Assembly (NCBI GenBank): GCA_022340905.1
Contig: JAJDNB010000037.1
Coordinates: 2,150-66,149 of the forward strand
Direction of reading: 5' to 3'
Length of the DNA: 64,000 nt
Source: Deltaproteobacteria bacterium
Lineage (GTDB): Bacteria > Desulfobacterota > Syntrophobacteria > BM002
Below, one piece after another: positions 1-9,388 of this stretch. How positions within the stretch are numbered: the first letter of the stretch is position 1; every line of letters begins with the position of its first letter. A program made the position numbers and the translations under genes. Under the pieces are notes generated by a model. It ran no database searches. It was not told the DNA's origin and saw nothing but the letters and a program-made list of their open reading frames with translations.

Positions 1-234
1 TTCGATTGGATGCCCATTGATGCCTCCCTCAGCATTTATCTGCTCAGCAAGAAGTTCCATGGAGTTGCGCTCCGGCTCGCCCAAAAAAGACGCTGGTCCC
101 GTAATAGCAAAAATACCGCCTATCTTGTAAGGAGCCTTGGGTTCTTCTTTCTTACCGCAACTGTTACTTATCAGGAACACGGCTAGCAGCATACCTGCCA
201 AAATCAGATAATTCTGTCTTTTGCCTTTCTTCAT
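1..234 (-). CDS. ABC transporter substrate-binding lipoprotein, branched-chain amino acid (LivJ/K-like) family; 5' part only, runs off the window
   Basis: Not in the ORF track. Manual translation from ATG 234: MKKGKRQNYLILAGMLLAVFLISNSCGKKEEPKAPYKIGGIFAITGPASFLGEPERNSMELLAEQINAEGGINGHPIE. Has a lipobox Cys, the typical IG..F..TG and IN..GGING motifs, and an AGGAGG RBS. Confidence 0.9.
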   Translation of the reverse strand, partial: MKKGKRQNYLILAGMLLAVFLISNSCGKKEEPKAPYKIGGIFAITGPASFLGEPERNSMELLAEQINAEGGINGHPIE

Positions 235-298
235 GCTCCCTCCTCCTTATTTCCCCTTTCTCAGTTGACGAGGTCTTGTTTAAAAATAAGAGGATCAC

Positions 299-388
299 AC
301 CACAAAGAACACAAAGGGCACAAAGAGAGAAGTAAAGTGCTCCTTGTTTTATGCTTTTTCTCTTTGTGTACTTCGTGCTCTTTGTGGT
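299..388. repeat. Inverted 9-bp-unit repeat element, family A copy 1
   Basis: ACCACAAAG-AA-CACAAAG-GG-CACAAAG ... CTTTGTG-TA-CTTCGTG-CT-CTTTGTGGT. Confidence 0.9.
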
Positions 389-419
389 TAGGAACCCTGG
401 AGACAATCAACCAATGTTT

Positions 420-851
420 TCACATGGCGTAGAGTTTCTCACCCTCAATGACCGTAACTCCATTCCGTCCCAAAACCTCCACTGCACTGTCGGCATTGTC
501 AAATCGAAAAATTAGCACCGCGTTTTGACCACTTTGTTGTACGAATGCATACATGTACTCAACATTTATTCCACCATCGAAAAGAATTTGCAGAATCCTG
601 TTTAGTCCACCAGGCCGGTCGTCGACTTCCACGGCTACGACTTCGGTTCTGCCTACAGTGAAGCCACGTTCTTTGAGCACTTTCTTGGCTTTCTCGTGAT
701 CGTTGACAATGAGGCGCAGGATACCGAAGTCAGAGGTGTCGGCCAAAGATAAAGCTCGGATGTTTATGTCCGCTTTACCCAAGATTCCAGTAACCTCTGC
801 AAGCCTCCCAGCTTTATTCTCCAGGAATATAGAGATTTGCTCAACCTTCAT
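420..851 (-). CDS. ACT domain protein (tandem ACT, PaaK-associated type)
   Basis: [13 protein letters not shown] and DRPGGL...[12 protein letters not shown] repeats; lies next to paaK. Confidence 0.93.
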   Translation of the reverse strand: MKVEQISIFLENKAGRLAEVTGILGKADINIRALSLADTSDFGILRLIVNDHEKAKKVLKERGFTVGRTEVVAVEVDDRPGGLNRILQILFDGGINVEYMYAFVQQSGQNAVLIFRFDNADSAVEVLGRNGVTVIEGEKLYAM

Positions 852-883
852 GCTATCCCTCCTTTGGCACGGGCATGTATTCT

Positions 884-1084
884 CTGGCTTAGCCGGTTTA
901 GCCGGTTTAGCCGATTATGCTGGTTACGTTGGTTATGACTGCTTAGGCTAACGCACTCTATTCATAGGTGAGTCCCTAGTTACTATTTAGCGTCATATAT
1001 TCGTTTCTTCGTCTAGCTTATAAACTGGTCTGCCATCCGGCCAAGGTTAACAACCGCTTAAACTGACTAAACTGGCTAAACTGC
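884..1084. repeat. Inverted 9-bp-unit repeat element (GCCGGTTTA / TAAACTGGC), family B
   Basis: Left arm ctggcttagccggtttagccggtttagccgattatgctggtta; right arm taaactgactaaactggctaaactgc. Confidence 0.75.
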
Positions 1085-1085
1085 A

Positions 1086-2387
1086 TTATATTTCTCTCTT
1101 GTCCATTACCCGAACAGCCTTACCCTCAGTCCTTTGAATGGATTTAGGCTCCACCAGTTTGACCTGCGCCGCAACTCCCAACATCTCTTTGATATTCTTT
1201 TCTAGACTTTGCTCCATAGCTTGCATATTCTTGACTTCATCAGAAAAGATTCTTTCATTCACCTCCACCATCACAGTAAGGGTGTCTAATCTTCCCTCCC
1301 TTTCCACTACCAACTGGTAGTGAGGCTCGATACCATCAAATTCCATGATGACGCTTTCGATTTGGGAGGGGAAAACATTGACACCACGGATTATCAGCAT
1401 GTCGTCACTTCGGCCTCGTACTCTCCCCATGCGCACCATGGTACGACCACAGCGGCAAGGTTCAGGATGAAGAATTGAAATGTCGCGGGTTCTGTAGCGA
1501 ATGACGGGGAAAGCCTCTTTGGTGATGGTGGTGAACACGAGCTCTCCAGGTGTGTTGTACGGCAAGACCTCTTCAGTGTCTGGATCGATGATTTCAGGAA
1601 TAAAATGGTCCTCAAAAATGTGCAAACCATTCTGCGCTTCAATACACTCCACGGAAACACCCGGTCCAATAATCTCGCTGAGACCATAGATGTCCATCGC
1701 TTTGAGGTTGAGCTTCTTCTCGATCTCCTCCCGCATCTGCTCGGACCAGGGCTCAGCGCCAAAAATGCCCGCCTTGAAATGGAGCTCGCGGAAATTGATA
1801 CCCATCTCCTCCGCCACTTCTCCAATCATTAAGGCGTAGGAGGGGGTGCAGGTCAAAATGGTAGGAGCGAAATCTTTCATTATCATCACTTGACGCTTGG
1901 TATTCCCCCCAGAGATGGGAATAACCGAAGCCCCCAGTTTTTCCGCTCCATAGTGGAAACCGAGACCGCCCGTAAAAAGACCGTAACCATAGGCATTATG
2001 AATCATATCTCCTTTGGTGGCTCCCCCTGCCATGAGAGTTCGTGCCATGAGTTCAGACCAGGTCTGGATGTCTCTGGCTGTGTAGCCCACAACGGTAGGC
2101 TTTCCTGTGGTACCGGAAGAGGCATGGATACGAACCACATTATCCATGGGCACGGTAAACATACCAAATGGATAGTTGTCACGAAGATTGTCTTTGTAGG
2201 TAAAAGGGAGTTTCCTTAAATCATCTAGCGAGCGTATATGGTCTGGTTTAAGCCCTGCCTCGTCAAAACGCTTCTGGTAAAATGGCACTGTGCTGTAGAC
2301 TCTTGCAACTACCGACTGCAGTCGTCTCAGTTGAATGGCTTCCAGAGCCTCCCTGGGCATGGTTTCATACTCTTCGTTGTAGATCAT
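1086..2387 (-). CDS. paaK: Phenylacetate-CoA ligase
   Basis: [34 protein letters not shown] and [20 protein letters not shown] motifs. Confidence 0.95.
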   Translation of the reverse strand: MIYNEEYETMPREALEAIQLRRLQSVVARVYSTVPFYQKRFDEAGLKPDHIRSLDDLRKLPFTYKDNLRDNYPFGMFTVPMDNVVRIHASSGTTGKPTVVGYTARDIQTWSELMARTLMAGGATKGDMIHNAYGYGLFTGGLGFHYGAEKLGASVIPISGGNTKRQVMIMKDFAPTILTCTPSYALMIGEVAEEMGINFRELHFKAGIFGAEPWSEQMREEIEKKLNLKAMDIYGLSEIIGPGVSVECIEAQNGLHIFEDHFIPEIIDPDTEEVLPYNTPGELVFTTITKEAFPVIRYRTRDISILHPEPCRCGRTMVRMGRVRGRSDDMLIIRGVNVFPSQIESVIMEFDGIEPHYQLVVEREGRLDTLTVMVEVNERIFSDEVKNMQAMEQSLEKNIKEMLGVAAQVKLVEPKSIQRTEGKAVRVMDKREI

Positions 2388-2465
2388 TTGACCTCCTCGT
2401 CAACAGCAATAATGACTCACTTGCTCCTGTTTTTATCAGACCGTCAAACCAAAGTATTAAACACC

Positions 2466-3455
2466 TCAGAAGGAGAATTTTAAAGACAGACTCAGGGTTG
2501 GCGCCCGGGGCTGATTCAAACTCTCCAGTTCGTAAGGGGCAAGCCTCTGTTGTTGTCTCCTCTCTTCTCGATCGTTGTACTTGTGAGCTACGTTTACGGC
2601 GCTATAAATGTTTCCTCCGTAAAAGGCCGCAGTGACTACCGCCAATGCCACTCCCACTCCATCGTGGCCCTGGTTGAAGGCCTCGTAGGTGGCATAAGCA
2701 AAAGCACCGGTGAACACAAGGGCTATGGTTCCGTCTCGAGGTCGCTCGCAATAAAAGTGGCCCGCCCCAGGGAGAATCGCTGCTAAAAATCCTGCCAGAG
2801 TGGGATTCTTCCCATGTGTTTGTGATTCCTCTGCCACGATTTTTTGCACTTCCATGGCTGACCAGTATCGGGAGTCGCCGCTACCCACCTGTCGCAACGC
2901 TTCATCAGCTTCCAACCAGCGGCCTTCTTTGGCATAACTCAGGCCAATGAGATACCAGGCCTCTGACTCCAATGGTCTACCAGGAAGGTCTGCAATGATG
3001 GAACGATACTCCTCTCTCGCCTTTTCGCCTTTTCCCATCTCCCCGAAGGAGCGAGCTTTGAGGAAACGCGCCTCCCATTTCAGTGAACTTTCGGGATATT
3101 CACGGAGAAAAGAGTCTGCAGCCTCCACTGCTCTTTGCCATCGGTTGCCTCGAAAGTAGCAGCGGACAATCTTAAGAGCAGCATTGGGGGCCTGCAAATC
3201 ATTAGGGTAGAGAAATAAAAAACGCTCATACTCACCAATTGCTCGGAAATACTCTTGTTGGGAAAAAAGGTAATCAGCAAAGTCCAGAATCTGTTGGGCA
3301 GGGAGGTCAAGAGGAGAGCTTGTTTTCTGGGCTTCAGCAGACATTGTCGAGGCTAAAATGAGCGTGAATACAATGGCAGCTAAAAACGAGCGGCTAAGGG
3401 AAGCAGAAGAGGTCTCGGGCCGGATAAACGCTTTATCAACAACTCGTTGTGGCAT
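2466..3455 (-). CDS. TPR-repeat (BamD-like) envelope protein with a C-terminal TM2-like membrane domain
   Basis: Signal peptide, TPR helices (YFRAIGEYERFLFLYP), and a KNPTLAGFLAAILPGAGHFY motif followed by two hydrophobic helices. Confidence 0.75.
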   Translation of the reverse strand: MPQRVVDKAFIRPETSSASLSRSFLAAIVFTLILASTMSAEAQKTSSPLDLPAQQILDFADYLFSQQEYFRAIGEYERFLFLYPNDLQAPNAALKIVRCYFRGNRWQRAVEAADSFLREYPESSLKWEARFLKARSFGEMGKGEKAREEYRSIIADLPGRPLESEAWYLIGLSYAKEGRWLEADEALRQVGSGDSRYWSAMEVQKIVAEESQTHGKNPTLAGFLAAILPGAGHFYCERPRDGTIALVFTGAFAYATYEAFNQGHDGVGVALAVVTAAFYGGNIYSAVNVAHKYNDREERRQQQRLAPYELESLNQPRAPTLSLSLKFSF

Positions 3456-3486
3456 TAGCAGGATACCAAATCTGACTGTTTAACTC

Positions 3487-3564
3487 AAAAAGCCGTGGAA
3501 ACCGCCTACCCCACGGCTTTAAAAACAAAAGCCATGGGCTCACTTTCCTGTCCGCCCATGGCTT
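3487..3564 (-). terminator. Tandem intrinsic terminators of the Phe attenuator
   Basis: mRNA sense: T1 (3564-3521) AAGCCAUGGGC-loop-GCCCAUGGCUUUUGUUUUU, then T2 (3520-3487) AAAGCCGUGGGG-loop-UUCCACGGCUUUUU. Confidence 0.85.
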
Positions 3565-3586
3565 AGGTGCTCACCTCTGTACCGGC

Positions 3587-3667
3587 TTACCTCTTCAACC
3601 AAAGGGCAGACTTCTCAAAGAAGAAGCCGCCGGAGGGAAAGTCAGTTTGAAAGCCGGCAAACTGCAT
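3587..3667 (-). CDS. Phe-rich attenuator leader peptide (26 aa)
   Basis: MQFAGFQTDFPSGGFFFEKSALWLKR*: 6 Phe including FFF, GAGGA RBS, followed by antiterminator and terminator sequences. Confidence 0.85.
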   Translation of the reverse strand: MQFAGFQTDFPSGGFFFEKSALWLKR

Positions 3668-3695
3668 AGATTCCTCAGTTCCTATGGGGCGTTAA

Positions 3696-3722
3696 ATTAT
3701 ATAAGTATTGGATACTTGTCAA
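3696..3722 (-). promoter_or_regulatory. Putative sigma70 promoter of the Phe leader
   Basis: TTGACA-15-TATAAT (or TTGACA-17-TAATTT); the inverted repeat AAGTAT-CCA-ATACTT covers the spacer. Confidence 0.6.
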
Positions 3723-3742
3723 GTTAATTCTTGACCTGCGAG

Positions 3743-4459
3743 TTAACCCCCTTCTACAGATTTTTCCTCCTGCCGCCACCGCTGGAGTTTTATCCTGAGC
3801 CACTCGCCAAAAAGAGGAGCCGGGCTTTGGTTGAGGTAATTGTCATAGTGAACCATTGCTTGCGTTTTGTCGCCCATAGCCTCGTAAACTCTGCCGAGGT
3901 AAAGTTGGACCTGCGTTTGGTAGACCGGGGCTCCCTCCTTGGCAAGAAGCTGGTATATCTTTAAGGCATCCTCATACGATCCCTTGGTCTCATAAGTTTC
4001 ACCCAAACTCACCAAGACCGGATCCCGGAGGGGATTGGTGCGATCTGTCCGCTGGAGAAAATCGTTGTAGCAGGCTATGGCCTTATCATATAACCCCTGC
4101 CCAAAATAGATGTTTCCGAGATCCACCAGCGCATCGGTGGCCACAGTGGTCGATCCATACTGCTGCAGTATCTTCTCTAGCGCAGCAGTGGTTTGAAAAT
4201 ATTCAGTCGCGTTATTGTCGCCTAGCGATCCAGTAGGATACTGGGCTAGGGCTTTCTGGTAAAGATCCGCAGCTTTTGCTTCACGATGGGCCTTAAAGAC
4301 AAAAATTGCACCCCCAACTACAAAGATCAGAGCAAATCCTGCCGCCACTCCCGATAGAATCTTCACATTTTCCCTACACCAGGTCATGGCCTTGGCACCA
4401 AAAGTTATGAATTCGTCTGGTTTCTTGACTGCTTTTCTCTTTATTTTTCTTTTTGCCAA
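3743..4459 (-). CDS. Membrane-anchored TPR protein (YfgM-like)
   Basis: Basic N-terminus KKPDEFIT, one TM helix, several TPR repeats. Confidence 0.8.
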   Translation of the reverse strand: MAKRKIKRKAVKKPDEFITFGAKAMTWCRENVKILSGVAAGFALIFVVGGAIFVFKAHREAKAADLYQKALAQYPTGSLGDNNATEYFQTTAALEKILQQYGSTTVATDALVDLGNIYFGQGLYDKAIACYNDFLQRTDRTNPLRDPVLVSLGETYETKGSYEDALKIYQLLAKEGAPVYQTQVQLYLGRVYEAMGDKTQAMVHYDNYLNQSPAPLFGEWLRIKLQRWRQEEKSVEGG

Positions 4460-4597
4460 ATGTTCTCCTCCTGATAACGCTTTTGGGGCGGGCAGTAACG
4501 ATTTCTGATTTTCGATTTGACTATAAGCTGGTTAGTTTGTCCATTCTAAAAAGTCTGCATTCTCCAATCTCAAATTTCCACTGACTGTCCGCTGCCT

Positions 4598-4645
4598 GCT
4601 TGCCCTGAGCCCGCTTGCTCTGAGCTTGTCGAATGGGTCGAAGGG
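4598..4645. repeat. Short REP-like element with a second copy nested inside it
   Basis: gcttgccctgagcc[cgcttgctctgagcttgtcgaatgg]gtcgaaggg. Confidence 0.55.
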
Positions 4646-4648
4646 CTG

Positions 4649-5311
4649 CTAGCTGCCCATTCTCTTTGCCTCTCTCAGGATTGCACCACCCACCAAATTT
4701 ACCAAAGCCCAGATAACATCCAGAGGGAAATGTTTCTCTATAGAAGCGTCAAAAGTAACTACCAAGCGAGCAGAAAATTCTTCATCCGCAAGCCAGAGAA
4801 TATAACCAAGGGGAATCTTTGGTAAAGGCCAGAGGCGAAAGGAAACATCTCCAAATTCAGTCTGGCCACCTCCAAGTCGAAGACCTACTTCCTTAAAGGT
4901 TTGACCATCTCGACCGAATCTTTCTTCCAAAGGCCGGGTGAAAAGAACGTGGGGACCCCTAAAAAAAAAGTCACCACCCTTGATCTCGCTGCCGGTCACC
5001 ATCCGGCCTGTAAGTCCAATCGGCCGGCTGCGAATCAGGTAGGTTAACAACACCAAATAAAATTGAAAAGAGAGTCTTCGTGGACCGTCGTTATCGAGAC
5101 ACTCAATTCTCCGATTATCGGGATAACATCCGTAGGTCTGCTGTAGGAAAGGAATTTGGTAGCAGCCGCGCTTCTGATCATATGCCACCGCGGCACGACT
5201 GCACACTTCACTCACCTCCATAGACGAAAGGGCACTCCAGAGATTGGGGTCGATTTCGGCAGGATCTTCATAAATTCCCCGTGCCCTTTTATTCAAATCG
5301 CTTTCACCCAC
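4649..5311 (-). CDS. DUF3786 domain protein
   Basis: LVLLTYL, GGDFFFRGPH, PLPKIPLGYILWLADEEF and DVIWAL motifs. Confidence 0.8.
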   Translation of the reverse strand: MGESDLNKRARGIYEDPAEIDPNLWSALSSMEVSEVCSRAAVAYDQKRGCYQIPFLQQTYGCYPDNRRIECLDNDGPRRLSFQFYLVLLTYLIRSRPIGLTGRMVTGSEIKGGDFFFRGPHVLFTRPLEERFGRDGQTFKEVGLRLGGGQTEFGDVSFRLWPLPKIPLGYILWLADEEFSARLVVTFDASIEKHFPLDVIWALVNLVGGAILREAKRMGS

Positions 5312-5441
5312 AGGTCACTCAAATCAATCAGATCATTAAAGTCGTTCAAACCCTTGAAATCCTGAAAACCGTCTATCCCAGAGGTCAGAAGTCCGAGACC
5401 AGAAGTCGCTTTAACTCTGACCTCTGACCTCTGATCTCTGA
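5312..5441. repeat. Composite repeat, copy 1: 9-bp tract (AAGTCGTTC-like) plus 7-bp inverted hairpin (AGAGGTC/GACCTCT)
   Basis: Shares the junction ccgtctatc(c/a)cagaggtcagaagtc(c/g)gaga with 11512-11650. Confidence 0.8.
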
Positions 5442-5461
5442 TTTCCGCTAGCTGCTGTCTC

Positions 5462-5833
5462 CTACTTCTCCTTGGCCTCACCAGGCACGTCAGGAGCGTT
5501 CTCATCTATGCTCTCCAGGACTTTCTCTATGAGGCTTCTCGCTTCCCCTTCGTAATCGCCGGGCACCAGAATGGCACCCCAACCCATCTGGGTTACAAAA
5601 AGTCCATCGTAGGCTGTTTCCTCAAACCGCCGCAACATGGTCGGAATACACTCCTCACTTAATGCCTGCATCAACAAATCGGCCTCAAAGCGATTCTCCA
5701 CCGTATGAATCCTTACCATGTCTGATTGATCGAAGGACGACTCAGTCGCCTCTTCACTTGTCGAGTCTGCATCTTTTCCTTCTCTGACAGTTTGCGGCAA
5801 AGAAAGATCCAAATCTATTACTCTAGAGGCCAT
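5462..5833 (-). CDS. DUF2007-like (putative signal-transducing) protein
   Basis: VENRFEADLLMQALSEECIP...WGAILVP...EARSLIE pattern. Confidence 0.65.
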   Translation of the reverse strand: MASRVIDLDLSLPQTVREGKDADSTSEEATESSFDQSDMVRIHTVENRFEADLLMQALSEECIPTMLRRFEETAYDGLFVTQMGWGAILVPGDYEGEARSLIEKVLESIDENAPDVPGEAKEK

Positions 5834-5911
5834 CGCACTTACCCTCCCATATCCAAATTCACTGGACCTAGCTTTCGGCTGCCCCGACAGGGGGCTGTAA
5901 AAAAGAGCCTC

Positions 5912-6451
5912 TTAGTGCAGGTCATATTCGGCCTGTTCAAGCATCTGACGGAGTCGTCCCCGTTGTCTATTATATTCTTTTCCTAGCAGGATCTTACAAG
6001 TACTCGCCTTCAACTCCCTACTGACCACCCTGGCGGCAAATGCCATACAGGTGGTCTCGCCACACTCACCACAGTTGGTCCCTGGCAGTTCGCGGTAGAC
6101 AGTGAGAGGATCGAGTCTGGCATGTTTCCGCAGTGTTGGCGTAATGCTCTCCCGCTGCTTGTCTACCTGGTTAATCATATTCCTGAGCTCTTTGCACACT
6201 TGCCTGGCCTCTGCTTCGTCCGAAAGAGCGGTCACTGTGATTTGCCTGGATCGAATGGCAATTATGTGGCCCCCCTCCATGTAGTTGAGTTCCCCTGTGC
6301 CGTCGATGTAAGTGCATCCCCGAATAACTGTGGCAAGGTAAGGAAGTAAATGACCAATATCTACTTCAATGTCGACTATTGCATTGAACTTGGTCGAGGT
6401 GGGCATGCACTCAATGTTTACGAGTTTAAAATTAAGTTGATCAATGAGCAT
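5912..6451 (-). CDS. (Fe-S)-binding protein with a C-terminal putative FeS domain
   Basis: LPGTNCGECGETTCMAFA...C motif. Start moved to ATG 6451 because the upstream extension runs into a repeat. Confidence 0.8.
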   Translation of the reverse strand: MLIDQLNFKLVNIECMPTSTKFNAIVDIEVDIGHLLPYLATVIRGCTYIDGTGELNYMEGGHIIAIRSRQITVTALSDEAEARQVCKELRNMINQVDKQRESITPTLRKHARLDPLTVYRELPGTNCGECGETTCMAFAARVVSRELKASTCKILLGKEYNRQRGRLRQMLEQAEYDLH

Positions 6452-6525
6452 AGCTAAATCCCTTACAAACCAGCCAGGATATCTTACGACGGAACTTCGA
6501 AATCCCAAAGAAATAGAAAGCAGAC

Positions 6526-6607
6526 GATCTGGGATGTGAGATGTGGGATAGGTGAAAATCAACGACGTCTTTCAGTATCTCATATCTCACATCACACATC
6601 TCGCGTC
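6526..6607. repeat. Inverted 7-bp-unit repeat element (GATGTGR / YCACATC), family D
   Basis: gatctgggatgtgagatgtgggat ... atctcatatctcacatcacacatctc. Confidence 0.8.
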
Positions 6608-6637
6608 AGTATAGCCGTAATCGTTGTAATAATCCTC

Positions 6638-7066
6638 TCAGCCTGCTCCCCCTGAAAGGATCTCATATGCTTTTTGAATTTCCTGAAATTTTTCTTTGGC
6701 TAGCTGCTGAAATTCCTCTCCCAGATGCGACACCCGATCAGGATGGTATCGCTGGGCTTGCTTTCTGAATGCGCTCTTAATCTCCTGCTTGCTTGCATTC
6801 CGAGGCACTCCTAGGATCTGGTATGGATCCTTTTCTGCTTCATTTCGTGGATCGGGGCCTACCCGGTTTGATCTTCCAGAGGTGTGGCTCCTCGTTTGTC
6901 CATTGGCTCTGGCCAATACTCTTTTGACAAACCAATAGGCAAGAATCAGGAGGACAAGATCGTCCACCCAGCCCAAACCCACAAGCGTGTCTGGAATGGC
7001 ATCTATAGGGCTGGCCAAATAAAGCAGTCCGAGGAGCAAAGGCCAGTAGCGTTTCAGCCAAAGCAT
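6638..7066 (-). CDS. DUF1232-DnaJ domain fusion protein
   Basis: [18 protein letters not shown] (DUF1232) and a J-domain DPYQILGV...YHPD. Confidence 0.88.
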   Translation of the reverse strand: MLWLKRYWPLLLGLLYLASPIDAIPDTLVGLGWVDDLVLLILAYWFVKRVLARANGQTRSHTSGRSNRVGPDPRNEAEKDPYQILGVPRNASKQEIKSAFRKQAQRYHPDRVSHLGEEFQQLAKEKFQEIQKAYEILSGGAG

Positions 7067-7273
7067 AATCGCACCGTGTTATTACGAACCCTTTTATTGC
7101 TAGACACCTTACGATATCAGGTATCCCCTGACAAAAGCAACAAGGTCGAACAACAAAGAATACAGCATAGCGCATGGAGCATAGCGCATGGCGAAAAAAA
7201 TGGTAAACACTCTGCGGTTGGGGCTCTACCCCTTCCGTCAAGTGCTTTCTTCGCGGTTAAATCTCCCCTTCTG

Positions 7274-8110
7274 TCAGTCGGCTGGTCGCCGTCGGATGCC
7301 GAGAGCACGCCAGAGTTCTCTGCGATACTTCCTACTGGTCCCCAAATCGATCTCAGCAAAATACACTTGTTCGCGGTCATCCAACTCCACCTTCACCCAA
7401 GCCACCAAACTATCTGCGCCTCGTAACCATATTAGGAAATCGTCTCGGCTCGCCAGTTGGGGCGGCTGGATAATAATGCTTTTCCCTCCAAAGTGACGAT
7501 AGGCCCGCCCTTTCACTCTCCAGTTGAAACTGGCCGTGTTAATCCCCACAACGGGAATATAGTTGTCAAATGCCCGCACCAAAGCAGCTTCTTTCCAGTG
7601 GTCTCGCAGAACAGGGAAAATTGACTGATTAATAATCATCTCAGCGCCCTTGTCAGTTAGCACTCGAGCCGCCTCCGGCTGTGCCCAGAAATCGATAGAC
7701 AGTGCAAGACCTAGCCTACCGAAGTCGGTTGTAAACACTTTGAAAGTGTCGTCAGCGGGCGAAATGCCAAAATAACGTTGCTCCAGAACTCCTGTGCTGG
7801 CCTTACGTTGACGGCCCACAATCAAACCTTTCCTATCGAACAGTGTGGCCGTTCCGAATTTCTTATTGGCCATTTCTTCCACCAGTCCGGCAACAATGTA
7901 ACAACGAAGTTCGCTCGCGGCTTGGGCTAAAATTTCTTCACCTGCCCAGGGGAAATATTCCGGTAGGCAGACCACATCCAAGTCTTTGCCCCGGCATTTA
8001 TCCAGCAGTCTAATAGCATGGCCAACATTTCGAGGATCGTCTAGTTGCGCGTATGGCTTTGCCTGAATCAGGGCAACTCGGATGGTATCTTTCATAACTC
8101 TAGAACTCAC
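7274..8110 (-). CDS. Carbon-nitrogen hydrolase (nitrilase superfamily) protein; the nucleophile position appears to be Ser
   Basis: VALIQ, VVCLPEY, GRQRK, TDFGRLGLALSIDFW and RAFDN motifs. Confidence 0.85.
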   Translation of the reverse strand: MSSRVMKDTIRVALIQAKPYAQLDDPRNVGHAIRLLDKCRGKDLDVVCLPEYFPWAGEEILAQAASELRCYIVAGLVEEMANKKFGTATLFDRKGLIVGRQRKASTGVLEQRYFGISPADDTFKVFTTDFGRLGLALSIDFWAQPEAARVLTDKGAEMIINQSIFPVLRDHWKEAALVRAFDNYIPVVGINTASFNWRVKGRAYRHFGGKSIIIQPPQLASRDDFLIWLRGADSLVAWVKVELDDREQVYFAEIDLGTSRKYRRELWRALGIRRRPAD

Positions 8111-8274
8111 AAGCAGTGATCACTGTCAAAAATGTCAGGCACATGCTCCCTTAGTAGACACTCCAGCAGATACTCCTATAACCCAGGAATTGCCGCAAAG
8201 TCTCGATAAACTCTTTGCGCACCGCTTCAAATGCGTTTGCATCTTCGTGTAACTCGAAGTGATGGAAAGAGGTG

Positions 8275-9051
8275 CTACCCTGTTTGTTTTAGCTGCGCAT
8301 CAACTACTAGGGGGAAGTGATCTGATGGATAGCGACCCCCTATTTGATCTCTCACGATGAGAACGTCTTCGATTATAAATTCGGGGGTTACCAAGATCCA
8401 GTCTATTCTGCCCTGAGCCGGTACTCCAGTAAAACCATGATGAGTGTAACTGCTATCATCTTCAGCTTTGTCAGCCAGCTGCCAGCTATCACCAAAGGGG
8501 CCCAAAGGCTTCCTCAAGGTTTTGTGCACCTCCGAGCCGGGGAGGTCATTAAAATCCCCTAACAAGATCACAGGCTCTTTCCTCTCAACCGCCCAGGCGC
8601 GAATCATTTTGGCCCCTTCAAGCCGTGCAGGGCCCGAGATGTGATCCAGGTGTGTCACTGAGGCCCAGATTCGCTTACCACTATCTTTCATTTCTAACAG
8701 ACTATGGCTAATCATCCGGGGAAAGGCCGAATCCCAACTTTTACTCATGTGTACTTCCGGTGTCTCTGATAGCCAAAATTCACTGTGTTTCACCACGGCA
8801 AAGTAATCCTTTAGATAATACAAAGTTGGATACTGGCAGTGATCGTCCCAAGCTCGCGAGTCCGCCGATATTTGATATCCTTTTAAATTATCCCTGAGGA
8901 ACATTAGCATCGAGGGCTTACCCTCCTGAGTTCCCAGCAGATGGGGGCGATATTGTTGAATTGTCTTCACCAGGAAATTACGGCGATTGAGCCAATGGTT
9001 TTCGCCGTCAAAATCATTTTCAAAACGGAGATTGAAGGTCATTACGCGCAA
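8275..9051 (-). CDS. Endonuclease/exonuclease/phosphatase family protein
   Basis: MTFNLR, GTQEG, THLDH, LLGDFN, RIDWIL and PSDHFPL motifs. Confidence 0.92.
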   Translation of the reverse strand: MRVMTFNLRFENDFDGENHWLNRRNFLVKTIQQYRPHLLGTQEGKPSMLMFLRDNLKGYQISADSRAWDDHCQYPTLYYLKDYFAVVKHSEFWLSETPEVHMSKSWDSAFPRMISHSLLEMKDSGKRIWASVTHLDHISGPARLEGAKMIRAWAVERKEPVILLGDFNDLPGSEVHKTLRKPLGPFGDSWQLADKAEDDSSYTHHGFTGVPAQGRIDWILVTPEFIIEDVLIVRDQIGGRYPSDHFPLVVDAQLKQTG

Positions 9052-9064
9052 GAGAATCTCTCCT

Positions 9065-9250
9065 TTAACCCGGATATTTCATGAATTTCTGTTGCGAGAT
9101 CACGAAGATGGGCGTGCCACCTGGCAACCACAGGGTGTTGGTTCCGAGGCGTACCTGCATGGTACGTCGCAGGGACCGACACCCGAGGACGCCTGGAAGG
9201 ACGGCCATATCCGTGGTCGCAGCAAGTGATTCATGAAATATCCGGGTTAG
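9065..9250. mobile_element. 186-bp MITE, copy 1
   Basis: TTAA-CCCGGATATTTCATGAAT ... ATTCATGAAATATCCGGG-TTAG; same length and internal sequence as three other copies. Confidence 0.88.
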
Positions 9251-9388
9251 CTTCTGTTGCCATGGACATGGGTTGGATAATTGCGCAAAATCATACATAA
9301 TCGAAATAGGAGCTTGCAAGGGAAAGATACGCGTAGGGGCTAGATGGCAAGGACTGGGAATGAGGGAAGGATAATTTTTACTCTGTGA

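Noticed and set aside
164..406. 80-aa ORF (TTKSTKYTK...LCALCVLCG)
   Set aside because: It is a translation of family A repeat arms and overlaps the real substrate-binding protein gene in another frame.
8987..9319. ORFs spanning the MITE as a possible transposase
   Set aside because: Too short, no DDE or HUH motifs, and the starts or stops lie in flanking DNA.
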